Shown: piece after piece, positions 49,723-64,000 of the stretch
Position numbering within the stretch: position 1 is the stretch's first letter
Layout: every line of letters begins with the position of its first letter
DNA from: the human T2T-CHM13v2.0 reference genome, Homo sapiens
NCBI RefSeq assembly: GCF_009914755.1
Contig: NC_060931.1
DNA length: 64,000 nucleotides
Direction: 5' to 3' (one strand)
Translations under genes and position numbers: made by a program
The notes under the pieces: model-generated
Databases searched by the model: none
What the model was told of the DNA's origin: nothing
The model's input: only the letters and a program-made list of their open reading frames with translations

Positions 49723-50093
49723 TGTCTTAGCTCGAGCTGCTATAATAACATACAATAGACTGGGTGGCTTAAAGACCAGACACTTATTTCTCACAGTTCT
49801 GGAGGCTACGGAGTCCTAGATCAAGGTGTCAGTATGGTCAGGTTCTTGGGATAGCCCTCTTCCTGGCTTCTGTTGACTGCCTTCTTGCTTTGTCATCACA
49901 CAGCAAAGAGAGAGAAAGAGTTTTAGTCCCTGACTCTTATAAGGAAACTAATCCCATCATGAAGCCTCTATCATTATGACCTTATCTAAACGTAATGACC
50001 TCCCAAAGACCTCTACCTCCTAATAGCATCACATTGGAGATTAGTGTTTCAACATATGCATTTGGAGGAAACATAAACTTTCAGCCCACAACA
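49723..50093 (-). mobile_element. MLT1A-type MaLR solo LTR
   Basis: tgtcttagctcgagctgctataataac...tatttctcacagttctggaggct...aaactttcagcccacaaca. Confidence 0.85.
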
Positions 50094-53000
50094 TTATCTT
50101 TACTAATTTCTAGGCTGATTATTAATGACTCTACAAAGTAGTGGTTAAAAAAAAAAGATCATTGTTCATACCTGTTAATGAGAGAGGGTATTGCAAAATT
50201 TGAAAATAAAAGTCCGTGCTTAAATGAGACTTCAGAAGACCAGTTAGCTTGCTGCACAGCAAAAGGGCTTATCTTTGTGACTCTCCTAGTTTGCAGGTGT
50301 TCTTCAGAACTTGCATGCTCAGAAATTCAAATTTGCCAACACACTGCCAATAGGTCTACATAGACTGATGTATTTATCAAGACGCTAATTTATTCTATAT
50401 GCAAAAGGCAAGCATTATCCATTTTTAACAGAGAAGTGGCACAACCAGCATTAGAAAGGCCATGCCGCAGCAGCATGGAGGCTCTTTAGGGGTAATAAAA
50501 AATAGATGCTAGGGAGGCAGAGGCTGTGTAATGGGAAAATTCCAACATGCATAATTGAGGAGGCAAAGCAATTATAGACTATATCCAGAATAATCCCGTT
50601 GATGTAAAATCCAACGCATACCTACAAACATGTTTACATGCATAGAGAATTTCTTGAAGTAACAAACAGTTAAGAGTAATTTGATAGGGGGAGAGGAGTG
50701 GGAGAGGGGCAGGGTGCAAAATAAAAATACAGGATCCTGTGTTCAAAATTTATTAAGAGTTTCAAGACAATAGTAGAACAAAAGGTGAACAAGAGGGCCA
50801 GTGACATAGCCAAGAAATGCCTGAGAGAGATCAAGGTTTCAAGTAAACCAACATTTGGACAGATCTTTGGAGAGAAAACGCCAAAAGCAGATGGCAACAC
50901 AGATGCTAAGGCTGAGGAGGGAGGAGGCTGGTAACCCTGTCCAGGGTACCCAAACACTGGGGCTAGTTCCCAGCCCTGAATGGGTCCCGGGGAATAGATG
51001 AGTGAAGGAACTGTGGGACTACCCACACTTGCTGTGGACTTCTGGATTCCTGGCTACAGGGGACCCAACATACCCCACGGACATTTGAGCTGACAGGGGA
51101 ATCTGTCCAGAGAGTAGACATAGATGGTACCTGAGCCAGTGCAGAAACAGGGGCCTTAGTGCACAACACATCTCTGGCGGAACCCATCTCTGGCTATAGG
51201 CACCCATCCCCCAAGTTTCCCTATCTCCCTCCAAGAAGTTTTATCCCCAGCCTACTGCTTAGCCAGAAGAAAATAGGGCCAACTTCCCCACAGGACTGGG
51301 GCATATCTGTTCTGCAGACCCTCCTGCCCACCCTGCCTGGCTTCTCTGCAGGAGCATGTGCACAGCAGCCTCCACTGCACAGCTGGATGCTTTGCTCCAC
51401 CTGATTATGTTCCTGATGGCCTGGGAGCACTTTAGATCCCCTAGCGCACCTGAAACCTAACTCCAAGGGTTCAAAGGATAGAGCCACTAGCTGATCCTGG
51501 TGCCCAAGGCTGCAGTGTGCAGCTCAAGAGTGCTGAGCCAGGATATGTGGCCAGCACTCAAGTGGGAAACAAACCCACATTCTCAGAGCACTAAGAGGGA
51601 TGACATGTGTGGTTTCATGGGCTGGAACAGGAGCAAGCCATGCCTCCCTCCACAGGACCAGCCTGGAAAGAATGTGGCCTATCTCCTTGCCGGAGCCTCT
51701 GTTCAGGGAGCCCCACAGCTTGGATCACCTAACAAAAGAAATGCAGACACAGTACCAGTGATTAAAGGGGGCTCCCCAAAGATGTAGGAGCAGGACTAAT
51801 GAGAGGAGGTGACCTCTCTCCCCACCATACTACAGAGCATGGCTGCAAACTTGAATAAATACAGAGGAGCCCTGTGGCTGAGTAAGGGCCTAACACATAT
51901 TACTTTTATATGCCATCTACTGGATCATAGCCCAAACTGCCACACCAAAAAGATTTTGCTAATATAGCAGCACCCTGTGAAACAAACAAAAAAAAAAAAA
52001 AAAGCATTAAGCCACAAATAAAGATGCCGTACAGAGCCTTGCCCTTTGAAAACATCCAGAAATAAAGCCAAGTGACTATACTCAACTCACACCACATTTA
52101 AAGGAACACTAACTCTCCCAAATAAGAAAGAATCAGCCTAAGAATTCTGGCAATTTAAAAACTAGAGTGTTCTCTTACCTCCAAATGAGTCCACTAGCTT
52201 CTCAGCCATGTTTCTTAATCAGTATAAAATGACTGAAATGATAGACATAGAATTCAGAATATGGATGTCAAAGAAACTCATCAAGATTCAACAGAAAGTT
52301 GAAACTCAATCCAAGAAATCCATAAAATGATTCAAGAGTTCAAAGATGAAATAGCCATTTTGAGAAAGATTCAAATTTAACTTCTAGACTTGAAAAAATT
52401 CACTGTAAGAATTTCATAATACAATCAGAAGTATTAGCAGCAGAATAGACCAGGCTGAGGAAAGACTCTCCAAACTCAAAAACGGGTTCTTTGAATCAAC
52501 TCAAACAAGAATAAAGAAAAAAGTACTTGAAAAAATTAAACAAAAACTCCAAGAAATATGAGATTATATAAACAGAACAAATCTGCAACTCATTGGCATT
52601 CCTGAGAGGGGAGAGATAATAGACAACTTAGAAAATACATTTGATGATATAGTTCATGAAAATTTCCCTAATCTCATGAAAGAGGTTAACATGCACATTC
52701 AAAAAACATGGAGAACTCCAGCTATATGCTATATGAAATGACCATCCCCAAAGAACATACTCATCAGATTCACCAAGATCAATATAAAAGAAAAAATTTT
52801 AAAGGCAGCTTGCTAGAGAGAAGGGTCAAGTCTCATACAGAGGGAACCACATTAGGCTGGCAGCAGACCTTTCAGCAGAAACCTTACAAGCCAGAGATTA
52901 GGGGCCTATTTCTAGCATCTTTAAAGAAAAGAAATTCCAACCAATAATTTTATATCCCACTAAAATAAACTTTATAAGTGAAGGAGAAATAAAATCATTC

Positions 53001-53110
53001 TCAGATAAGCAAACACTGAGGGAATTTGTTTCAAATAGACCACCAGCATTACAAGAGGTCCTTAAGGGAGTGCTGAACATGGAATTAAAAGATCAGCACC
53101 TGCTACCACA

Positions 53111-56871
<3,761 letters not shown>

Positions 56872-59800
56872 GGAACATAGCTCACTGGCACTGTAAAGCA
56901 ATTACACAATCTAGTCTACATAACAACCAGCTAATAAAATGATGACAGGATCAAAATCTCACATATCAATACTAACCCTAAATGTAAATGGGCTAAATGA
57001 CATATTTTAAATGCACAGAGTAGCAATCTGGGTAAAAAGATAAGACTCAACCATTTTCTGTCTTCAAGAGACCCATCTTGATGTAAGAACACCCACAAGC
57101 TCAAAGTAAAGGGATGAAGAAAGTTATACCATACAAACAAAAAAGAGCAGGAGTTGCTATTTTATATCAGATAAAATAGACTTTAAACCAATACAAATTA
57201 AGAAGGACAAAGAAAGGTATTATATAATAATAAAGAGTAAATCCAACAAGGAGATTTAACTATCTTAAATATTTATACACCAAATATTGAAGCACCTAGA
57301 TTCATAAAACACGTTCTTGTTGGCCTATGAACAGATTTAGACACAATAATAGTGGGAGACTTTAACACCCCACTGACAGCATTAGACAGACCTTCAAGGC
57401 AGGAAACTAACAAAGAAACTCTGGACTTAAAATCACTTGACCAATTGGACCTAATAAACACCTACAGAACGCTCCACCCAACAACCACAGAATATATAGT
57501 CTTCTCATCTACACACAGAACATATTCTAAGATTGAATACATGCTTGAACATAAAGCAAATCTCAACAGATTCCAAAAAATTAAATCATACAAAGCACAT
57601 TCTCACACCACAGTACAATAAAAACAGAAATCAATATCAAGAAGATCCCTTAAATCTACTCAAATACATGAATATTAAACAACTTGCTCCTGAATAACTT
57701 TTGGGAGAAGAATGAAATTAAGGCATAAATTTAAAATTTGTTTGAAATTAATAAAAATAGCAACTCAATTACCAAAATCTCTGGAATACAACTAAAGTTG
57801 TGTTAAGAGGACAGTTTATAGCACTAACCACCTTCCTCAAAAAGTAAGAGAGGTCTCAAATCAACAATATAAGTTTCCACCAAAAGGAATTAGAAAAAAG
57901 AGAACAAACTAAGCCAAAACCTAGCAGAAAAAAATAAATAACTAATGTTAGAGAAGAACTGAACAAAACAGAGATGTAAAAATCCTTACAAAAGATCAGT
58001 GAAAACAGAAGTCGGTTCTTCAAAAAGATAAGTAAGACTGATAGACTAACTAGATTAACAACAACAAAAAAGAGAGATCCAAATAAGTACAATCATAAAT
58101 GACAAAGATGATATTACAACTGATTCCACAGCATACAAAAGATCCTCAGAGAATACTATGAATAACTCTTTGCACACAAATTAGAAAATCTAGAGGAAAT
58201 GGATAAATTCCTAAAAACACACAAACTCCCAAAATTGAAAAGGAAGAGATCAAAATTTTGAATAGACCAATATTGAGCTCTGAAATTGAATCAGTAATTA
58301 AAAAAAAAAACATACCAATCAAAACAAGACCTGACCCAGATGTATTCACAGCCAAATTCTACCAGATGTACAAAAAAGAATTGGTACCAATGCTACTGAA
58401 ACTATCCCAAAAAATCAAAGAGGAGGGATTCCTCCTTAACTCATTCTATGAAGTTAGCATCAGCCTGATACCAAAATCTGGCAGAGACACAATGAAAATA
58501 GAAAACTTCAGCCCAGTTTGCCTGATGAACATAGATGCAAAGATTCTCAACCAAATACTAGCAAACCGAATTCAGCAACACATCAAAAGATTAATACACT
58601 ACAACCAAGTAGGCATTATTCCTGGGATGGAAGGCTGATTCAATGTATGCAAATCAGTAAATGTGATTCACCACATAAAAAGAATGAAAGCAAAAAGTCA
58701 CATAATCATCTCAATACATACAGAAAAAGCTTCTTATAAATTTCAACATTCCTTCATGATAAAAAACTCTCAACAAACTAGGCATCAATTGAAAGAACAT
58801 ACTTCAAAATAATAAGAGCCATCTATGACAAACCCACAGCTAACATCATATGGAATGGGCAAAAACTGGCACTGTTCCCCTTGAGGACTGGAACAAAACA
58901 GGTATACCTACTCTTACCACTCCTATTCAACATAGTACTGGAAGTTCTAGCCAGAGCAATCAGGCAGAGAAAGAAATAAATGGCATCAAAATAGGAAAAA
59001 AAGTCAAACTAACTCTCTTTGTTAACGATATGATTCTATACCTAGAAAACCCTAGAGAATGCCAAAAGGCTCTTAGAACTAATAAACAATTTTAGTGAAG
59101 TTTTAGGATACAAAATCAATGTACAAAACTCAGTAGCATTTCTATACACCAATAATGTCCAGGCTGAGAGTCAAATCAAGAACACAATCCCATTTACAAT
59201 AGCCACAATGAAAATGAAATACCTAGGAATACAGATAAGCAAGGTGGTGAAAGATCTCTATGAGGATAACTTCAAAATACTGCTGAAAAAATCAGAGATG
59301 ACATAAATAAATGGAAAAACCTTACATGTTCATGGATTGGAATAATTAATATTGTTAAAATGGCCATACTGCCCAAAGAAATTACAGATTCAATGCTCTT
59401 CCTATCAAACTACCAATGTCACTTTTCATAGACTGGGAAAAACTATTCTAACATTCATATGGGACCAAAAAAGAGCCCTAATAGTTAAAGCAATCCTAAG
59501 CAAAAAAAAAAAACAAAACAAAAAAAAAAAAACAAAGCTTATGCCAAAGACATAACTACCCAACTTCAAACTATACTATAAAGCTGCAATAACCAAAACA
59601 ACATGGTACTGACTCAAAACCAGACACATAGACAAGTGGAACAGAATAGAAAACTCAGAGATAAAGCTGCATATCTACAACCATCTGATCTTCAACAAGG
59701 CCAGTGAAAGCAAGCAATGGTGAAAGGCTCTTTATTCAATAAATGGTGCTGGGATAACTGGCTAGACATATGCAGAAGAATGAAACCGGACCCTTACTTT

Positions 59801-61634
59801 TCACCATATACAAAAATTATTTCAAGATGTATTAAAGATTTAAATGTAAGACCTCAAGCTATAAAAATCCTAAAAGAAAACAGCAATAAGATACCATTTC
59901 ATACCAGTCAGAATGGCTATTACTGAAAAGTCAAAAAACAACGGATGCTGGAGAGGCTGCAGAGCAAAAAGAACACTTATACACTGTTGGTGGGAATGTT
60001 AATTAGTTCAGCCACTGTGGAAAGCAGTTTGGAGATTTCTCAAAGAACTTAAAACTGAGCTATTATTTGACCCAGCAAACCCATTACTGGGTATATTTAT
60101 TTATTTATTTCCTTCCCAAAGGAAATAAATTGTTCTGCCAAAAAGACGCATGCACTCGTATGTTCATCACCACACTATTCACAATAGCAAAGACATGGAA
60201 TCAACCTAGGTGCCCTTCAATGGTGAACTGGATAAAGAAAATGTGGTACATATATACATTCCATGGAATACTACACAGTCATAAAAAGAGCAAAATCACA
60301 TCCTTTGCAGAAACATGAATGCAGCTGGAGGCCATAATTCTAAGCAAATTAACACAGGAACAGAAAATAAAATACTACATTTTCTCACTTGTAAGTGAGA
60401 GCTAAACATTAAGCAGACATGGACATAAACATGGGAACAATAGATGCTACAGACTACTGGGGACGAAAGGGAGGGGCTATAGGTAGAAAAATTACCTATT
60501 GGGTACTGTGCTCACTATCTGCATAGCAGGATCCATATCTCAAACCTCAGCATCATGCAATATACTCATGCAGCAAACCTGCACACATACGCCATATCTG
60601 CAATAAAAGTTGAAGTTTGGGGAAAAAAAGACAATAGAAGAGCAATGAACCAAGCACAAGACCCTTCAAAGCATGTGGCCCTGCAAGACCGTCCAGGTCA
60701 CATGCCCATGAAGCCAGCTTGGGTGGTAAAGCATAGTTGGTTAAGCATGAAGAGATATTTTTAAATATTTCTGTATGATTTTCATTTTTACAGTGTGTGA
60801 GCACTGTTTTCTTAATCTAAAAGTCTGTATTTGAAAAGGTTGTATAAATTAGAACCAAGGCAGAGGCAGTGGAAATGCAGAGGGGAGAGCCTGAGAAAGA
60901 TATTTTTTTTTTATTCAGAATCACAGGAGTTAGCCAAAAACAGTCAGGTGTATACACTCATATTTCACACAACACAGAGATAATTGCGTAAACATTCACA
61001 AATACAACTATGACTAGCACTTATTTTAAGAAAGCTTCACTTATGAATAGGAGTAGGTGAGCAAAGGGTTTTCCCGGTACATCTATTTCTTACTTTCCAT
61101 GAGAATGATAAAAATATACAAAACAATCCTGTAATTTTTCTCTTTCATTACTAAGACAAATAAGTTCTCATCCTACCCAGAATGTTCTATAATCTCCAAC
61201 CCATTCCAAAGACAAATAAATGTTAAAGCATAACAGTTACAAAAATAGAAATACAACTAATATATTTTGTTTTCTATACACATTATATACTGACCTTTTT
61301 TACCTCTCTTCCTACCATGTTATATATTCAATGAAAGTAACATTATTTGAGCAACATTATACAGAAATTTCTTCCACATATACATAAGGACAGCAGGACA
61401 TTAATGGAGTAGGAAAAGTCTCAGGCTGGCAATCAGGAAGCCTAAGCTACAGTTCTGATCCCACCAGATGAAATGATTCTTTTAGATATTAAACTCATCA
61501 GATTAACTGTGCTGCCCCATATCAGCAATGTTGCAATATCAGTTACCCTAATATGTTACCACAGAGTAGAGTCCAGCTGAACACTTAAAAAGTTAACTTC
61601 TGAATACTTTTTACAACTTTTTTGATATTATGTT

Positions 61635-61880
61635 GTTCATTCATTCAATGTTTGTTGAACCAAATATCTGTTCCAGGAGCACATATATGATCCTTCAAGG
61701 TGCTCAGTTTCTAGTGGAAGAAGACAAATGAGAGAAACAATCATTGCAATATAGCACAATAATTGCAATAGTAGAAAGTAGAGGTGGGCACTGGATCCAG
61801 CCTGGAAAGATCTAGAAAAGTTGCCAGAAGAAAATTGCCTAGGCAGAGTGGTGTTTGCAGTGAAAGGCAATCTATGAGTC
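61635..61880 (-). mobile_element. L2 3' fragment
   Basis: ttcattcattcaatgtttgttgaacc...ccttcaaggtgctcagtttctagtggaagaagaca. Confidence 0.7.
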
Positions 61881-63614
61881 ACATTACTTTGAAAGAAGTT
61901 AATTGAACTAGAAAAATACGGATATTTATTTTTTGCAAAAGCATCTACTCTGAGAATCCTATCACTCAAGCCTTATGCTGCTGTCTTTGATTTGCTTTCT
62001 ACTGGAGGAACAGACAATGGAGTGCTAAGAAGGCAGGAACTACCTATGAGAAGGCACTAGAGAAGATTCTGAGGTTCCCACTTCAGTGTGCTCCAGTTCA
62101 CATATCTTGGATTATGTAAAATTGTGTACGTACCTAAATACACAGTTTTAACAATATAGTTGCCTTCCTGAAGACTTTCAATTAATATGTAAAATTCGAA
62201 TTTTTAACAGTGAGAATCCAGAAGTTTCACTGTTGCCAGGAATAAATAGTTCAAAATATTGTGCTACAAAAACTTTATTTTCAATGCTAATCACATCACA
62301 GCAAGCTTCTACTTTGGGAACATATTAAAGTGAATTGTCTCTCTCTGAAGAATTGAATTAAAAGGCAATGGAATTTGGCCAGGGCATTGAGAACTATTAG
62401 AAAGTTAGGCCTTCAAATAGTGCTCTGCTTTCTTTAGAATCTCTAAGTAGTAATTTCTCTCAGCTGAATTTCCTTATGTTGTTATTGTGACCTTTTATAT
62501 CTTTTTCCTACTGTTGTACATTGATGAATGCCAAGACTGTACTTGCAAATAGAAGCCCACCTGCCTATAGGGAAGGAACAAGACACAAATCAGTGGAGAT
62601 CTGAAAAGGTGCTCAAGCTTCTAGTAATTTTGACCAGGAATCTAACCACACTTAATGGCCTGTGAGCAGGATCATACTTCATATACCTCAGTCATTTGTC
62701 TTCATTGCAGCAACATGAACAGGAGGCTGATCTTGGGTGGAAAGTTGGAACAAGTTTTCCCCCTCTGAACATTAGGTGAATATAGGACACTTTTGAACTC
62801 TAAATGTATCCAAATAATTTCATTTATAGATTTATTTCACTTACAAGTTTTTGTATATGTACATAGGTTTTGTGATATACAATTGTGTTGAATTAAAGGA
62901 AAATCAATTGAAAAAAAGCAAGCTATGTATTAAATGATATGTTCACACATTTCTTTAAATAGATACCTACCTCTTTATAAATGCTGAATGGAACACATAG
63001 AAATTATGAGAACATAATTTTGTAATCACAGGGTAAAATATGTAGGAAATAGTTTAGAAATATGACAATCAAATTTACAACTGCAAAAACTTAGAAGCCT
63101 GACCTAACTGAATTAAACAAGCCTTTATTTTGTTTGTCAGTGGAAAACAGTTCAGAATTTAAGCCAGTAATAAAATATCTGAGAGGAGGGTGCAATTAAG
63201 AAAGGGAAATATAAAAAGGCAATATTTACAAAAAGTACTTAAACTCAGCTGTTAAAACAGGGAATGTAACTTAAATTTTTAAGTAATGTTTTCATGTTAA
63301 GTAGTGTCTTGGACTTAAAGGTGTTTAAATTTTCAAAGTGTGGCTAATTTAAAATAATATGTTCTGACTAATATGTGAATTCCATTATGGTTACGTAATT
63401 CATTATTGCCTGTCAGTTTCAGTAAATCAGTCAGATATAAGGAAAGAGTGCACCTCACTCTTACCAGGAAATGATGACTTACACATGATGCCCTCCTTCG
63501 CATTCAATAAATACTACAACAATCCAGAGATAATGGCAATGTAGACAAATAATTTTGTTCCAAGCAGCTAGAAGAGCTATGCCTAGGTGATGTTGTAGAG
63601 TTGCTTGCTTCGCG

Positions 63615-63639
63615 TTTTTTTTTTTTTTTTTTTTTTTTT
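63615..63639. repeat. Poly(T)25
   Basis: Direct count. Confidence 0.9.
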
Positions 63640-64000
63640 GCCAAATTTTATGTCTGAGAGTGATTTGCCTAAGTGTCAATCTTATATTTGTTTTTGACTG
63701 CAAACATCAATTTGGCTGCTCATCTACATCCAACTTAATTAAAATGCACAATTGGAAAACATTTATTGTAACCGCATCACATTTCACAGAGGGATGCTTT
63801 GTTGAGCTAGTTTTTCATCATGACCTAAATATCATTAGCCGTCTGACCAGTCTCAGCTTCATATTACAACTGAACCACCCCTTTCATCATTTAGAAATGC
63901 ATGTTTATCTTAGGAGATCAGTGGTTTTCGACCTTAGGGCTCATCAGTATCACTGTAGAGCTTTCTAAATATGTGGGTTATGCTTGGCTCTGGACCTAGA

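Noticed and set aside
50900-51850. GC-rich region as a CpG island or host promoter with several ORFs
   Set aside because: CpG-depleted; it is the 5'UTR of the old L1
63600-63640. gttgcttgcttcg before poly(T), resembling the U6 snRNA 5' end
   Set aside because: Match is only ~12 nt, does not continue, has no TSD, and the tail orientation is wrong

Overview
Human genomic DNA (a human-specific AluYa5 is present). The window is AT-rich, repeat-dense and almost all intronic. It contains two internal coding exons of CPED1 (C7orf58, 7q31, CPED1-WNT16 locus) on the + strand, at 40088-40205 and 47591-47727. They splice in frame to [13 protein letters not shown]...[15 protein letters not shown]...CLGGRK, the Cys-rich segment just before the PC-esterase GDS motif. 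The rest is transposable-element sequence (Alu, L1, L2, MIR, MaLR LTRs, hAT and mariner MITEs) and short tandem repeats. Main observations: (1) a near-full-length L1PA6-like element whose 5'UTR is deleted at an apparent splice junction, i.e. a spliced integrated retrotransposed element (SpIRE); (2) a pristine AluYa5 forming an inverted Alu pair around the second exon; (3) a four-level nested insertion (L1ME > MER45A > L1PA16 > L1PA3) that creates a chimeric old-ORF1/young-ORF2 L1; (4) a ladder of in-frame upstream acceptors at the second exon; (5) inverted multi-kb L1s bracketing the in-frame exon pair. Repeat subfamily names and consensus comparisons are from memory and need RepeatMasker/Dfam confirmation. 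No wholly new biological system can be established from the sequence alone.
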